Shown here one piece after another: positions 33,901 through 41,386 of a DNA stretch of 64,000 nt. The first letter of the stretch is position 1. Every line of letters begins with the position of its first letter. The stretch is taken from positions 28,159-92,158 of the IMG/VR virus record IMGVR_UViG_3300032265_001317; one strand, written 5' to 3'. The stretch comes from a virus. A model generated the notes under the pieces. It was not told where the DNA came from. It made no database searches and saw nothing but the letters and a program-made list of their open reading frames with translations. Both the position numbers and the translations under genes were made by a program.

Positions 33901-35123
33901 ACAAGAGATTTAAACTTAGTAGATCCGTTCTACATTTAGATTATGTTTGGGTCAGTTTAAATGGTGTTCCTCTAAAGAGCGGAATTGATTATGATGTACT
34001 TGACGATGCAGTAACGCTACAATTATCTGATGCATTTATCATAACATCTGCGGATGACATTTTAGTTACCAGTATTAGTAGTAATAAATTATCTTCTACT
34101 GTGCTCGGCTATAGAATTTTTATTGATATGCTTGGCAGAACTCATTATAAGCGTCTAAGCAAGCAGGCAACCACACGACTAACACAGCCGTTGTCTTATA
34201 CAGATACAGAAATTTATGTGGAAGATTCAACAGTTTTAACTCCTCCGTTGTTATCACAAAAAATACCAGGAGTTGTGCTGATTGATGGAGAACGTATTGA
34301 GTATCTACAAATTGATGGAAATGTTTTAAGAAAATTACGCAGAGGAACATTGGGTACATCACCATCTTTCTATGCAGATATCAATACAAAAGTAATTGAT
34401 CAGAGCCCTAGTCAGACAGTTCCTTACACTGAAATACCTAAAAAACAGATACAATTTACACGTTCATCTACTAACATTTATAACATTAGTACTGGAACAT
34501 TTAGTACAGCAACAACATTTAATACAGGTACAGTTATTAAATCTGATGGTATTTTATTGTCGCAGGCATTTACTGCTGAAAATCAAATAGCGGTATATTA
34601 CGGCGGCAGAGAGCTAAGAAAAACAGGATCATTTATTCACGATACGACTTTTGCTTATGATAGTCCTCCTGGATCTGTTCTAGGAACTACCGCAACTGTA
34701 GCAGGGTTGCCATTGACCACAACAATAGGAGATTCATATATTGTAACCTCTACAAATCAAGTATGGGTTTATACCGGTGATACCAAAATTGACGCAGTTA
34801 AAGGATATGTTTACCAAGGATTGACTTATCTTGCCCCGGAGTTTACTGTTAATACTTCTACTGGCGTTTTAATGTTAAATATGTCTAAAGAGGTCCAAGA
34901 TGATATTGAACTTGTTATTGTACAAAAACAATACAGTCAAACAGCAGAATGGAACAACTATGGAATTTCGTTAATGAATAGTACTACCGACCCTGCTAAA
35001 TTCTTACAACAACAGCCTGCGGAGCTACCAGATATTTGGTACTACGGCGGCGACGTTACACTAAGAACTAGTGGAGGAACTCCATTAACTGATGGAAATC
35101 AGGAACCAATACAAGGATTTTAA
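21999..35123 (+). CDS. Giant virion structural protein (baseplate wedge initiator, gp7-like position), 4374 aa
   Basis: Follows gp6; begins NLLPEFLRT..N.KFL; has FG-GAP-like propeller repeats, NPGxGY repeats and EVKPYH motif. Confidence 0.7.
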   Translation: MANSIKTINLLPEFLRTDKNSKFLSSTVDQWIKKPELERIDGYVGSTLTPTYNSTADVYISESLPLRKQYQLEPAVVIKDNQSIVTGAVAIDDLVNEISIKGGQTGNFDKLFRSEFYSYDPHIDLDKLVNYTEYYWLTTGPNTVVISGQPTNTTSTFTVVDNEVKSAFIFTPNGLTPNPIVTLYRGNTYNFEISSVYKFYVKTDSSSGPFGLLTRNITNNGITTGTITLTVDQYTPETLYYISETDDKVQGQFVIKDSTQNSIIDVEKEVIGKKSYRSGTGIELSNGMKVRFGGTVIPESYQNKEYWVEGVGESISLIDYELLSSPEAMASVFDENFDATGFDDYPFDNFKTLPITPEYITINRASKDLNPWSRYNRWVHSDVIRISAEASGQDPVYSVNLRAKRPIIEFKADLKLYNFGTTGATNVDLIDNVTHDAFSAVEGSAGYYVDGLLLQQGQRIIFNADTDSTVREKIYEVNYVTVNGYKSRLQLVPVTTSISGCSVSVNYGNDFAGTAWWYNGSNWVYAQQHNKLNQAPLFDLFDKNGYSYSDTTAYQSNFSGTKIFGYEVGTNGANDAVLGFPLKYKNSVGVGSYLFKNYFTTDQISVSVNNVETISVSAGQTFLKFAHAAGDVYSNVWTATEPYPIPLNANGYYDTPLGLTNNPLNGPISNFTLSEISDHLGTAVARLPNFVGAFPGVSNLRDRPDVARYASRLISNANPMAFAHLFIGKKEHSIVDAVTKVGDQYNQFKMSFLNKMISVGNLNNPIASVDTILAELNLGKNLQSPYFLSDMIAYGNDKVTRQWTVKNIRNTVYPISADFDPVALGLRSVLVYLNGSQLVLGQDYNFITNDSSIEILTTLMLGDVITVNDYATTEGCFVPPTPTKLGLYPKFKPAKYIDDTYATPTPVIQCHDGSIMVAYNDFRDDIVLELEKRIYNNIKAVYQTELFDINSVIPGAFRNSEYTLADCNSILINDFIKWSGFYGIEYTENSTFDPDNSFTWNYSGSTNKLLSIQVDGNWRAVYKFFYDTDRPHTAPWEMLGLTAMPDWWESLYGPAPYTNGNLLLWEDLEKGLIKYPSGWVRDPIYARPDLRNIIPVDEGGNLLDPTVLLSEYTPYSVRQNWKFGDLGPAETAWRRSSHWPFALQKLLALLKPASYASLMYDPSRMTQNKAGQWSYDIAGSFLNPKNVKIFDTLTTLTSGYSVLLVESGKQRSVNYVNELTQDLNFFDINLFHKVGGFVNKGNLQIVIDAYEPTSTGPGALLPQENYQLYLNTSNPVNTTSISGLIIQKVDGKFVIKGYDKYRPYFTVYTPVRNSSTPTLSVGGISSPYINWSAGTADAGASNLNSIDLTTANSSPVGKFYKTGQIVNYGNRYYIVIKDHYAESVFNVAYYQSLPSLPISGGATVQTYYKFDKVGVRIPYGTQFDNIQQVYDFIVGYGDWLSDQGFIFNQYNSTLNSVLDWNFTAKEFLYWTTQNWANNSIIALSPFADQLQFKFSNSVVDNIFDSFYDYGILKENGLEFPKNNLNIGRDEGVCTIRSINTTEGIYFAQLNSVQKEHAMVFDNTTVFNDTIYDIETGYRQRRVKLIGFRTANWNGDYFTPGFVYDTAQISTWAQFTDYKYGEVVRFNSKYYSAIQDVIGSSKFDFTKWVLLGSKPVAELIPNFDYKINQFEDFYSLDIDNFDSNQQELAQHLVGYTPRVYLNNIFINPIAQYKFYQGFIKEKGSKNSIIKLSKASIQNQQGSISFNEEWAFRVGSYGSYETYNEIETTLHEGSFKSNPQAINFVDTVPVVPDDLLLYKTPGNLAIVPDDYVPSSTFVTTSTSNFELMTAGYVNLNDVTSTAYNEDSFIAIANTRALNDGEVIWLGNTNNGDWDVRRYQRSTAGIISVQIYNPAESISFSTDVPHELSIGEIISVSQYDDQVNGVYRVIDILSRTEFVVSSTLSFITTFTTDSPGLLFSFKSVRYSNFDSIPLDQELQELPYGAKFWIDNDISSSWKVYEKIDNYSITHITTNTSGSYYGATIYKNKGENIVIEASPYYSSPSRFDIGTIFVKYIDLDGYIFNYNINQASYNQYYTGTVHTEFGASVVYDSQEYNNTGFGLFYAGAPGTSGIKSSSSPTGLRYASAAGTASSRVHEGLVKISSVDPLLFTEFTEHVLLSPAPASYDRFGQSIFVQTSNTSTKSLLVGAPGNNGVLAGAVHLYNISLNTTTNITFNRSISPLVYWLGGEWGYSISGLSNASTVAISAPSYQQGVGYVAILTGTNYTNLSQIIFGNTAGLDKKSRFGDKVILSNDGTYLFATAPGFINFDNSKGAVAVFKSVNGAFEFKQLITNPVAGPGMTFGQDIDIGTMSDKLIVSALGTDRIDRSFDNKLADNTTFDSKTTIFEDSMTKSGCVFVYDRYNERFVFAQEINPGNLTTATNFGQSIVLDDTDVLIGAPNINITADGQTDYSATYRYSKIDPLADSWKILRQFDNLVDVNTLQKVRLIDTSNDTVVTYLDVIDPLKGKISGIADEEIRYKTSVDPAIYSIGTTSTTVLQDTNWTDIQVGELWWDLSTVKYVWYEQGDLNYRKNNWGMLFPGSSIDIYEWVESTYLPSEWAALADTANGIAKGISGQPKFPDNTVLSVKQGYDSVSNSFTNIYYFWVKNKVLVPETKNRRMSSYDVASLINDPSYNGSMYAAIISGNGVMLSDVASELVGDRINLNIAFDNIKNQIPRHTEWLLIEENSVTSAPNTLLEKKLIDSLLGHDSLGNAVPDPALSSRVRYGIGIRPQQTLFKDRLGALRNLVEFSNSVLKENIITGRYNFSNLNAQESIPDQYSHEYDRIVEDNYTLETIDTRKLSQAKLTAQIYDGRVIGVTIDNPGFGYIISPTVTVTGNCISSAVITTAIDSSGRVISVDIVDAGNGYSATPTLEVRPFTVIVLADSIYNGKWSKFVWKSELALFVRSHTQKYNTSLYWNKVDWTSADYNQYQDYLFTVDAVYGIYTLSNVAVGEYVKVKNSGDGNYIILEKMPTGSVGTFGNDYNIVYKQNGTIQISDAVWNTANSTYGFDQISSFDQTLYDQTPDLELQYLLSALKNDIFINELKVNWNKFFFKAVKYAMSEQKLLDWAFKTSFINVINNAGALDQRPVYKLQNTQYFEDYISEVKPYHSQIRSFTTQYDNLDQSHSYTTDFDLPTHYNGDTGIFTSITADSTLTNVYPWKSWSDNRTFTVGSIVVGNPGAGYTISPTVEITAQPGDLGTGATAVAYIRSGEIISIEVTNPGSGYLVPPIVSIKGGGSTTLTPARAYAQLYNGKVRSNTIEMKFDRINRSNQIGDIRVSDSFICNGIQNEWTLGWLADANKLDITVTLDKIRVLSADYTITYYTEKYNGYNKKYCKIVFLNYIPKNNQILSVSYRKSKNLFTALERIENYYEPTSGMPGKVPAQLMSGLEYPRTQIQGLGLTATTHWDVLFGTNVYSGFGDASYADDISYYTTVSLTGTAPAGTSTVSVSTTTGLMVGQFANIISNTVNQFSTSTVKIKSIDTAGSSVTFNSTIINTLTNATIELWTYDQNSTTLDTAIDGGNLIYNTALGINPDEIVIDGDKFYTPSTGFAPEELLDGQVTESLGINVYTKNANGAPLIFSSSFDIDANVQVVESLTMIPTTVNSITVSFNNRVFAYNSTTNFMSTSEFNIDWGTGSIILPPQSIGGKVSYRIIGIGGGNPDAFAGVIDYQILSEHDEAVGTVVSLSGINTVKSAFVTVDGIAISTGTTGLYYTLGPDSLLNERAAVTVYNLPSGANTIQAWFFGTDVNYYNELEEQIFTVGVGLPVTSFVLTNPPNVIHPADAEVLVEIKDGAGRRQLLPPYISYYQVTNTNDRTFTIDNHVLRPPSTYNLNTVRVYRNGEVLLPGFDFNVNVNDNTVTVYPNILAVGDAIAVLGLVPGDYDYDIVGNILNVPLQSGQGVLNAEIKIITYNDQDGMLIQAERFPGNANKRFKLSRSVLHLDYVWVSLNGVPLKSGIDYDVLDDAVTLQLSDAFIITSADDILVTSISSNKLSSTVLGYRIFIDMLGRTHYKRLSKQATTRLTQPLSYTDTEIYVEDSTVLTPPLLSQKIPGVVLIDGERIEYLQIDGNVLRKLRRGTLGTSPSFYADINTKVIDQSPSQTVPYTEIPKKQIQFTRSSTNIYNISTGTFSTATTFNTGTVIKSDGILLSQAFTAENQIAVYYGGRELRKTGSFIHDTTFAYDSPPGSVLGTTATVAGLPLTTTIGDSYIVTSTNQVWVYTGDTKIDAVKGYVYQGLTYLAPEFTVNTSTGVLMLNMSKEVQDDIELVIVQKQYSQTAEWNNYGISLMNSTTDPAKFLQQQPAELPDIWYYGGDVTLRTSGGTPLTDGNQEPIQGF

Positions 35124-35125
35124 AA

Positions 35126-37969
35126 ATGCCACAAGTTAATACGCTACCGTTATTAAGCACAACTACTAACCAAACATACTTTGTTGTGGTTGATAATAAT
35201 CTGACCAAAAGATTAAACTTTTCAACACTCTTTAGTAATTTTGCCGGCCCTACTGGTAGTCAAGGACCCATTGGACCATTTGGTAGTACAGGCCCTAAAG
35301 GTTTTACAGGCAGTATAGGATACATTGGTAGTCAGGGTATACAGGGGTATATCGGTAGTCAAAGTATTGTTCCTGGATTTGTTGGTAGCCCTGGATTTGT
35401 AGGAAGTCAAGGATCTGGTTTTACTGGATCAAAAGGAGATCCTGCTGGCTATACAGGTAGCCAAGGATATTATGGATCAAAAGGCGATCCGGGCGGTTAC
35501 ACAGGTAGTCAAGGATTTGTAGGCAGCGCCGGCGTTGGATTCACTGGTAGTCGTAGCACATTGGTAGGATATTTTGGTAGCCAAGGATATAACGGTAGTC
35601 CTGGATTTACTGGTAGTGCCAGTACCGCAAGTGGATACACCGGTAGTGCCGGATACGACGGAAGTGTAGGATTTACTGGTAGCTTTGGTGCTACTGGATT
35701 CAACGGCAGTGCTGGTCGAGATGGATACACCGGTAGTCAAGGTTATGCAGGAAGTCGAGGATATACAGGTAGTGTAGGCTATATTGGTAGCTTTGGATTT
35801 ACTGGAAGTTTAGGATTCACTGGAAGTTTAGGATTCACTGGATCAATTGGATTCACAGGATCAACTGGATTTGTGGGTAGTCAAGGTTATATTGGATTTA
35901 CAGGAAGTCTTGGCTATGTAGGTAGTCAAGGTACTGTGGGATTTGTGGGTAGTCAAGGTACTGTGGGATTTACAGGCAGTCAAGCCTACACAGGTAGCCA
36001 AGGATATTTTGGTAGCGTAGGATTTAATGGCTCTGCTGGCTTTACAGGATCGGCAAGTACAGCAACAGGTTACACAGGTAGCCAAGGTTACACAGGTAGC
36101 CAAGGTACAACTGGATTTGTCGGAAGCGCCAGCACAGCACCAGGCTATGCAGGTAGCATTGGCTACGCCGGTAGCGCCAGCACAGTAGTTGGATATACAG
36201 GTAGCCAAGCCTATACAGGTAGTCAAGGATATTTTGGTAGCCTAGGCTATACAGGTAGTTTAGGATTTACTGGATCAGCTGGTACTGGTTTTAACTTGAA
36301 AGGTGCTTTTGCAACCACTTCAAGTTTGACAACAGTTGTAAGTCCTGCATTAACAGATGCATACACTATTATTAATACAGGACAGTTATGGGTATATCAA
36401 AATTCATCAGCACCTGGTAACATCTCAGGATTTACTAATTTTGGACAGTTTGTTGGATACAATGGTAGTGTAGGTTACACTGGCTCTATTGGATATGTTG
36501 GCAGTCAGAGTACTGCTACCGGATTTACAGGAAGTCCCGGCTATGTAGGCAGTGCAGGATTTGTAGGCAGTGCAGGATTCACTGGTAGTGCAGGTACAAG
36601 CGGATTCAATGGTAGTAATGGATTTACAGGTAGTGCTGGTACTAATGGTTATACCGGTAGTGCAGGATTTACTGGAAGTTATGGATATACCGGAAGTATT
36701 GGATACGTGGGTAGTGCTGGTGCAGGATTTACTGGAAGCCAAGGTGTGGGATTCGTGGGTAGTCAAGCCTACACAGGTAGTCAAGGTTACACAGGTAGCA
36801 GTGGATCAATTGGATATACTGGTAGTATCGGAACCGGCTATACAGGATCAATTGGGTATGGCGGTAGCCAAGGCCCGTTAGGTTGGACAGGTAGTGCCGG
36901 CTTTGCTGGATCTAATGGATATACAGGATCTGGATATAGTGCAGATCAAGCTCTTGCAACAACCAGTAGTGTTCGTTTTAGAGATATATATCTATCAGGA
37001 GGATTTGGACCTACCAGTACCTATACCAATACTGCTAGTTTGTTTATAGCAGGTAACGGAGGAATTTCAGTAGGTGGCGACATATTTGCTGGTGGCGACA
37101 TTAGAATTTGGGGAACCATGACTTTTGTAACAGCAACAGCATTTGCTTTCGGTAATGGTGCTTCAGCAACAACTGGTACAGTTACAATTGGTAACAGTGC
37201 CGGTACAAGCCCTCGCGGTGCTGGCACTGTTGCAATTGGTTCACTAGCAGGACAGGCCCGACAAGGGGCGCAGGCAATTGCTATTGGACAATCCGCTGGA
37301 CTTAGTACACAATCTAACTATGCGATTGCAATCGGATATCTTGCAGGACAAGCAGGGCAAGGTGGCTATTCTATCGCGATTGGAAACAATGCTGGATATA
37401 GTTTCCAATCGCAGTACAGTATTTGTTTAAATGCAACTGGACAACAAATTAGTCCGCAATATCCAGGATTATATATTGCGCCAATTGCACAAGATACCAC
37501 TGCTCCGTTACTGATGTATTATAACTCTTCAACGTATCAAGTATCGTGGGGAGAACTTACTAGGATTACTCAACCTATTAAAATATTAGACACTACAGCC
37601 GCAACATCTACTACTACAGGTGCATTAAGTGTGGCTGGCGGACTAGGTGTTGGTGGATTTATTGTAGAAAGTGTTAGTCCGAGTGTAGCGGCTAATGGAT
37701 CAACTTACGCAAATGCTACAGCATTGACTAGCAGTATTAACATTATTGGAAACAATGCCGCAAACCAAGGTGTTGCATTACCGACAGCATACCCAGGTAT
37801 GGTGGTTACTTTATATAATGTGTCTACAACTACTGCCACTAACGTGTATGCACCATTGAATAGCGGAGCCAGAATCAATGCATTAAGTACCACAACTGCT
37901 TATAGTTTAGCGGCAGTTACAGGTATGAGATTTGTAGCGGCAACAACAGCACAGTGGTATACAATATAA
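35126..37969 (+). CDS. Collagen-like (Gly-X-Y) tail fibre/appendage with YadA-like head repeats
   Basis: About 560 aa of G-[FY]-[TV]-G-S-x repeats, followed by AIAIGxxAG repeats. Confidence 0.8.
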   Translation: MPQVNTLPLLSTTTNQTYFVVVDNNLTKRLNFSTLFSNFAGPTGSQGPIGPFGSTGPKGFTGSIGYIGSQGIQGYIGSQSIVPGFVGSPGFVGSQGSGFTGSKGDPAGYTGSQGYYGSKGDPGGYTGSQGFVGSAGVGFTGSRSTLVGYFGSQGYNGSPGFTGSASTASGYTGSAGYDGSVGFTGSFGATGFNGSAGRDGYTGSQGYAGSRGYTGSVGYIGSFGFTGSLGFTGSLGFTGSIGFTGSTGFVGSQGYIGFTGSLGYVGSQGTVGFVGSQGTVGFTGSQAYTGSQGYFGSVGFNGSAGFTGSASTATGYTGSQGYTGSQGTTGFVGSASTAPGYAGSIGYAGSASTVVGYTGSQAYTGSQGYFGSLGYTGSLGFTGSAGTGFNLKGAFATTSSLTTVVSPALTDAYTIINTGQLWVYQNSSAPGNISGFTNFGQFVGYNGSVGYTGSIGYVGSQSTATGFTGSPGYVGSAGFVGSAGFTGSAGTSGFNGSNGFTGSAGTNGYTGSAGFTGSYGYTGSIGYVGSAGAGFTGSQGVGFVGSQAYTGSQGYTGSSGSIGYTGSIGTGYTGSIGYGGSQGPLGWTGSAGFAGSNGYTGSGYSADQALATTSSVRFRDIYLSGGFGPTSTYTNTASLFIAGNGGISVGGDIFAGGDIRIWGTMTFVTATAFAFGNGASATTGTVTIGNSAGTSPRGAGTVAIGSLAGQARQGAQAIAIGQSAGLSTQSNYAIAIGYLAGQAGQGGYSIAIGNNAGYSFQSQYSICLNATGQQISPQYPGLYIAPIAQDTTAPLLMYYNSSTYQVSWGELTRITQPIKILDTTAATSTTTGALSVAGGLGVGGFIVESVSPSVAANGSTYANATALTSSINIIGNNAANQGVALPTAYPGMVVTLYNVSTTTATNVYAPLNSGARINALSTTTAYSLAAVTGMRFVAATTAQWYTI
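35246..36935 (+). repeat. Degenerate 18-bp coding repeat array (GFTGSx/GYTGSx)
   Basis: For example ggatttactggaagttta/ggattcactggaagttta near 35795-35830 and a 27-bp duplication at about 35918-35971. Confidence 0.9.
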
Positions 37970-38002
37970 TAGCACTTAATAACCCTAGATAAATATTACA
38001 TT

Positions 38003-38623
38003 ATGAATGATACTAAAAAAACAAACGAATTTGGCAAGATAAGTGTCAGAGGACACTTAAAAATCTTTGATCCAGAAACTAAAGAAGTATTCTTAAACAA
38101 GAGTAACGCTATACACTATGAAAATTTTAGTCAGGCGCTGGCTCAAAGTATTAGTAATCAAGGGTATGGAATGATTTCTGACATGGCATTTGGCAACGGT
38201 GGAACTAGGGTTGATCAGACAGGTATTATTACCTACTTGACTCCTAATGTGATTGGAAACAATGCCGGATTATACAATCAGACATATTACAAAACTGTAG
38301 ATGCACAGCAAACATACGACCTTGACCCTGCACGTAATTTTATGGAAGTACGACATGTTACAGGCACAGCCTATAGCGATATTTTAGTAAGTTGTTTGTT
38401 AGACTTTGGTGAACCCAGTGGTCAAAACGCTTTTGATAATTCTACAGATGCCAACGGCAATTTTGTATTTGACGAAATTGGCTTGTTATCATATAGTCCT
38501 AACGGACCGGGCGCAGGATCTTTATTGACTCATGTTATTTTTCACCCAGTACAGAAATCTTTGAACAGAATGATTCAAATTGACTATACAGTGAGAATAC
38601 AAAGTCTTACTAGCGGAATTTAA
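38003..38623 (+). CDS. Virion structural protein of unknown function (tail/baseplate region)
   Basis: 206 aa, G.LKIFD...NAIH...FGNGGT...FDEIGL...THVIFHPVQKS; TAAATA at 37990-37995. Confidence 0.6.
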   Translation: MNDTKKTNEFGKISVRGHLKIFDPETKEVFLNKSNAIHYENFSQALAQSISNQGYGMISDMAFGNGGTRVDQTGIITYLTPNVIGNNAGLYNQTYYKTVDAQQTYDLDPARNFMEVRHVTGTAYSDILVSCLLDFGEPSGQNAFDNSTDANGNFVFDEIGLLSYSPNGPGAGSLLTHVIFHPVQKSLNRMIQIDYTVRIQSLTSGI

Positions 38624-38625
38624 AC

Positions 38626-40395
38626 ATGCCTTATACACTGAATTTTTCTGATCCAACAAAACAAACCACAATCACAGTGCCAGACATGCCGCCCGGTATT
38701 AACTCTGTTGACACCAGTTTAAATTTAGTAGGCAGAGCATATCCAAATTACGGACAGAAGTTTGCAGAAAATTTTTTGCACCTATTAGAAAATTTCGCCA
38801 GCCCGTTGCCTCCAACAAATCCTATTGAAGGACAGCTATGGTTTGATACCAGTGATCCTGCACACAAAGTTTTACGTATCATGGACGGTACAGCCAGCGC
38901 AGTAAGATGGCCTAGTGCAAATGGTATCTACCAACAAAGTTCGGATCCTAACGTTTCTTACGCAGTTAAAAATGGAGATATTTGGGTAGACACAAATGCT
39001 AATAATTTAAAAATCTGGAACGGATTAAGTTGGCAAATTGTCGGTCCTAACAGCAACACTTCTGATAGTTTGTTAACCGGATCTGTTGTAGAAACTGTTA
39101 GTGCTATTAATGGCTCTTCGTATCCTGTTATTAAAAATTATGTCAACGGCGATGTAATATCTATTATATCAGGATTTACTACAGCGACATTTACTCCGCT
39201 AAGTGTAATACAAGGATTTTTACAAATTAAACCTGGTATTAATATGAGTTCCATGACAGTGAATAATCAAACTGCTCAGGTATATGGAACCGCACAAAAT
39301 GCCTACAATCTTAATATCAATGGAATCAACTATGGTAGTTCAGATTTTTTAAGAAAATCTGACACAACTCCTGCCGGTCAAGAGATTACAGGCAAGATAG
39401 TTTTTCGCACAACATCAACAACTGGATCTCTAGGAAGAGACGGAGTAGTAATTTTACCTCAAGGTAAAACAACTGAGTATGTTCAACTTTATAAAAACTC
39501 TAACGATGCAGTATTATTAAACAATACCATCGGTGGCAAAATACAGTTGCAGGTTAATCCAACTGGCGAAATTACAGATATTAAAACAGGCATAGAACTC
39601 GATCCAGTCAATGGTGTAACAATTTCTACAGCAACATCCTTTTCAGGAAAAATCACAGCGTTGGCCGGCCTTGTAGCTAGTACCGCATCTGTATTCCAGG
39701 GTACTGTTTCAATAACCGGTGATGTAGTTACTCAAGCAACCATTACATCGGGCGACGATATTACAGTTGGCGGCCAGCTGTATGTAAATTGGAACAATGG
39801 ACAAGCTGGCTCTGCGATACTGCCCGGCGTATCTGGAGCAACACTAGATAACAGATTTGACATCGGTGCTTCAAATGCTAATTTTAGAAGAATATATGCA
39901 AAACAAATAGGTACCGCTGGTGTAACACAATTTTACGGAACACTAACTGGTTCTGCAACCAAATTAGATAAACCTATACAGTTGGCAATTCAAGGACAGG
40001 TAACTGCAAGCATAGTTACTATTCAAGGAGATGGAGTAGGTTCAACTGTCAATATGGCGCTGACCAAGTATGCAGTATCGAATCAGACTTCGATAACCAC
40101 TGCAACTTCGACAGCTACTATGTTGGTAGTAAACAATGGTCAACTTGCTCAGATTTCTAAAAATAATTTTTTACAAGATATCGCCGTAACCGGTATGATA
40201 TCTATTTGGACCAGTTCAACGCCTCCGACAGGTTGGTTGCTGTGTGACGGTTCAGCAAAGAGCATAATAACCTATGCTAATTTATTTTCTGTAATAAGCT
40301 ATAACTACGGAAACTCAGGTGCAGTATTCAACGTACCTAGTTTGTTATTGCAGGATTTAAATGCTAAACCACTTTACTACATTATAAAATACTAA
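38626..40395 (+). CDS. Tail fibre protein with C-terminal tail-collar domain (paralogue 1 of 4)
   Basis: Shared N-terminal TSLxLVG...YG...ENF..LLENFA...P.NP..GQLW module; PPTGWLLCDG...YANLF..I...YG...FNVP collar motif. Confidence 0.72.
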   Translation: MPYTLNFSDPTKQTTITVPDMPPGINSVDTSLNLVGRAYPNYGQKFAENFLHLLENFASPLPPTNPIEGQLWFDTSDPAHKVLRIMDGTASAVRWPSANGIYQQSSDPNVSYAVKNGDIWVDTNANNLKIWNGLSWQIVGPNSNTSDSLLTGSVVETVSAINGSSYPVIKNYVNGDVISIISGFTTATFTPLSVIQGFLQIKPGINMSSMTVNNQTAQVYGTAQNAYNLNINGINYGSSDFLRKSDTTPAGQEITGKIVFRTTSTTGSLGRDGVVILPQGKTTEYVQLYKNSNDAVLLNNTIGGKIQLQVNPTGEITDIKTGIELDPVNGVTISTATSFSGKITALAGLVASTASVFQGTVSITGDVVTQATITSGDDITVGGQLYVNWNNGQAGSAILPGVSGATLDNRFDIGASNANFRRIYAKQIGTAGVTQFYGTLTGSATKLDKPIQLAIQGQVTASIVTIQGDGVGSTVNMALTKYAVSNQTSITTATSTATMLVVNNGQLAQISKNNFLQDIAVTGMISIWTSSTPPTGWLLCDGSAKSIITYANLFSVISYNYGNSGAVFNVPSLLLQDLNAKPLYYIIKY

Positions 40396-40396
40396 T

Positions 40397-41377
40397 ATGG
40401 CATACACAATTTTAAATCCCGATGGTAGCGTACTTACTCTGTTAGCAGATGGTAGGATTGATCAATCTACGACTAGTCTAGCACTGGTTGGAAAAAATAC
40501 AAACGGTTTTGGTCAATATATAAATGAAAATTTTGTAGTGCTACTATCAAATGGTGCAAATACATCAGGCAATCCTCCAAGAAATCCTTTAAAAGGTCAA
40601 ACTTGGTACGATACAACAGTAAGAAAATTAAAAGTTTACGATAATGGATTTAAAAACGTTGCCGGTGTAACAGTATCAAGTTCTTATCCTGTAGAGTTAG
40701 GAACAGGCGATTTATGGTTTGATAGCATTAACATGCAATTAAAAATATTGAACGGTGGTGCATTGTACGTAGTTGGTCCTATGTTTCCAAAATCTATAGG
40801 CGACAATGGATGGATAGTTCCTGCTATTTCTATTAAAGACATTAACAATACTCCCCAACAAGTTACTGTGCTTAAAAATTATGGTAATACTATAGGGTTT
40901 ATTTCTCAAACACAATTTACCCCATCAGTTACTGATAACACAAATTATTTCAGTACCAGTACATCACAAAAAGTAGTGGCTGGTATCACTATTAATGGCG
41001 ACATTAATTACACAGGTAAAGCAGTAGATAAACAATTATCATGGTTTATTGATGTCGATGTTTTAGCTAACACTATTAATAACATCGGCGGCGACATAAG
41101 CGTACCGGCAAATGTCGGAGCTCAAAATAATGCCATTAGAAATATATTGGCTACTATGTTTCCTCCAAACACTAGTTCTAGTCCGCTTAATCATCAAATA
41201 CAAGAATTTGGTCTTCCTGTAGGCTCTGTATGTAAAGTGCTTGTTAGATATTCACAAGGTGGCTCAAACGCTACATCTGGCGGTAGAATAAACGGCGAGG
41301 GATACCAAGTTAGAAGATTTAAAATAAACTCAGTTGGTGCTTGGGAATATGTCAACACTACAGAATTATCGCTATAA
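40397..41377 (+). CDS. Tail/baseplate protein (paralogue 2 of 4)
   Basis: Same N-terminal module (TSLALVGKN...ENF...PPRNPLKGQTWYD). Confidence 0.65.
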   Translation: MAYTILNPDGSVLTLLADGRIDQSTTSLALVGKNTNGFGQYINENFVVLLSNGANTSGNPPRNPLKGQTWYDTTVRKLKVYDNGFKNVAGVTVSSSYPVELGTGDLWFDSINMQLKILNGGALYVVGPMFPKSIGDNGWIVPAISIKDINNTPQQVTVLKNYGNTIGFISQTQFTPSVTDNTNYFSTSTSQKVVAGITINGDINYTGKAVDKQLSWFIDVDVLANTINNIGGDISVPANVGAQNNAIRNILATMFPPNTSSSPLNHQIQEFGLPVGSVCKVLVRYSQGGSNATSGGRINGEGYQVRRFKINSVGAWEYVNTTELSL

Positions 41378-41386
41378 GGATCAATC

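Noticed and set aside
35222-36881. Repeat array as CRISPR, or its antisense ORFs as genes
   Set aside because: The repeats are in-frame codon repeats with wobble variation and no spacers; the antisense ORFs follow from the periodicity.
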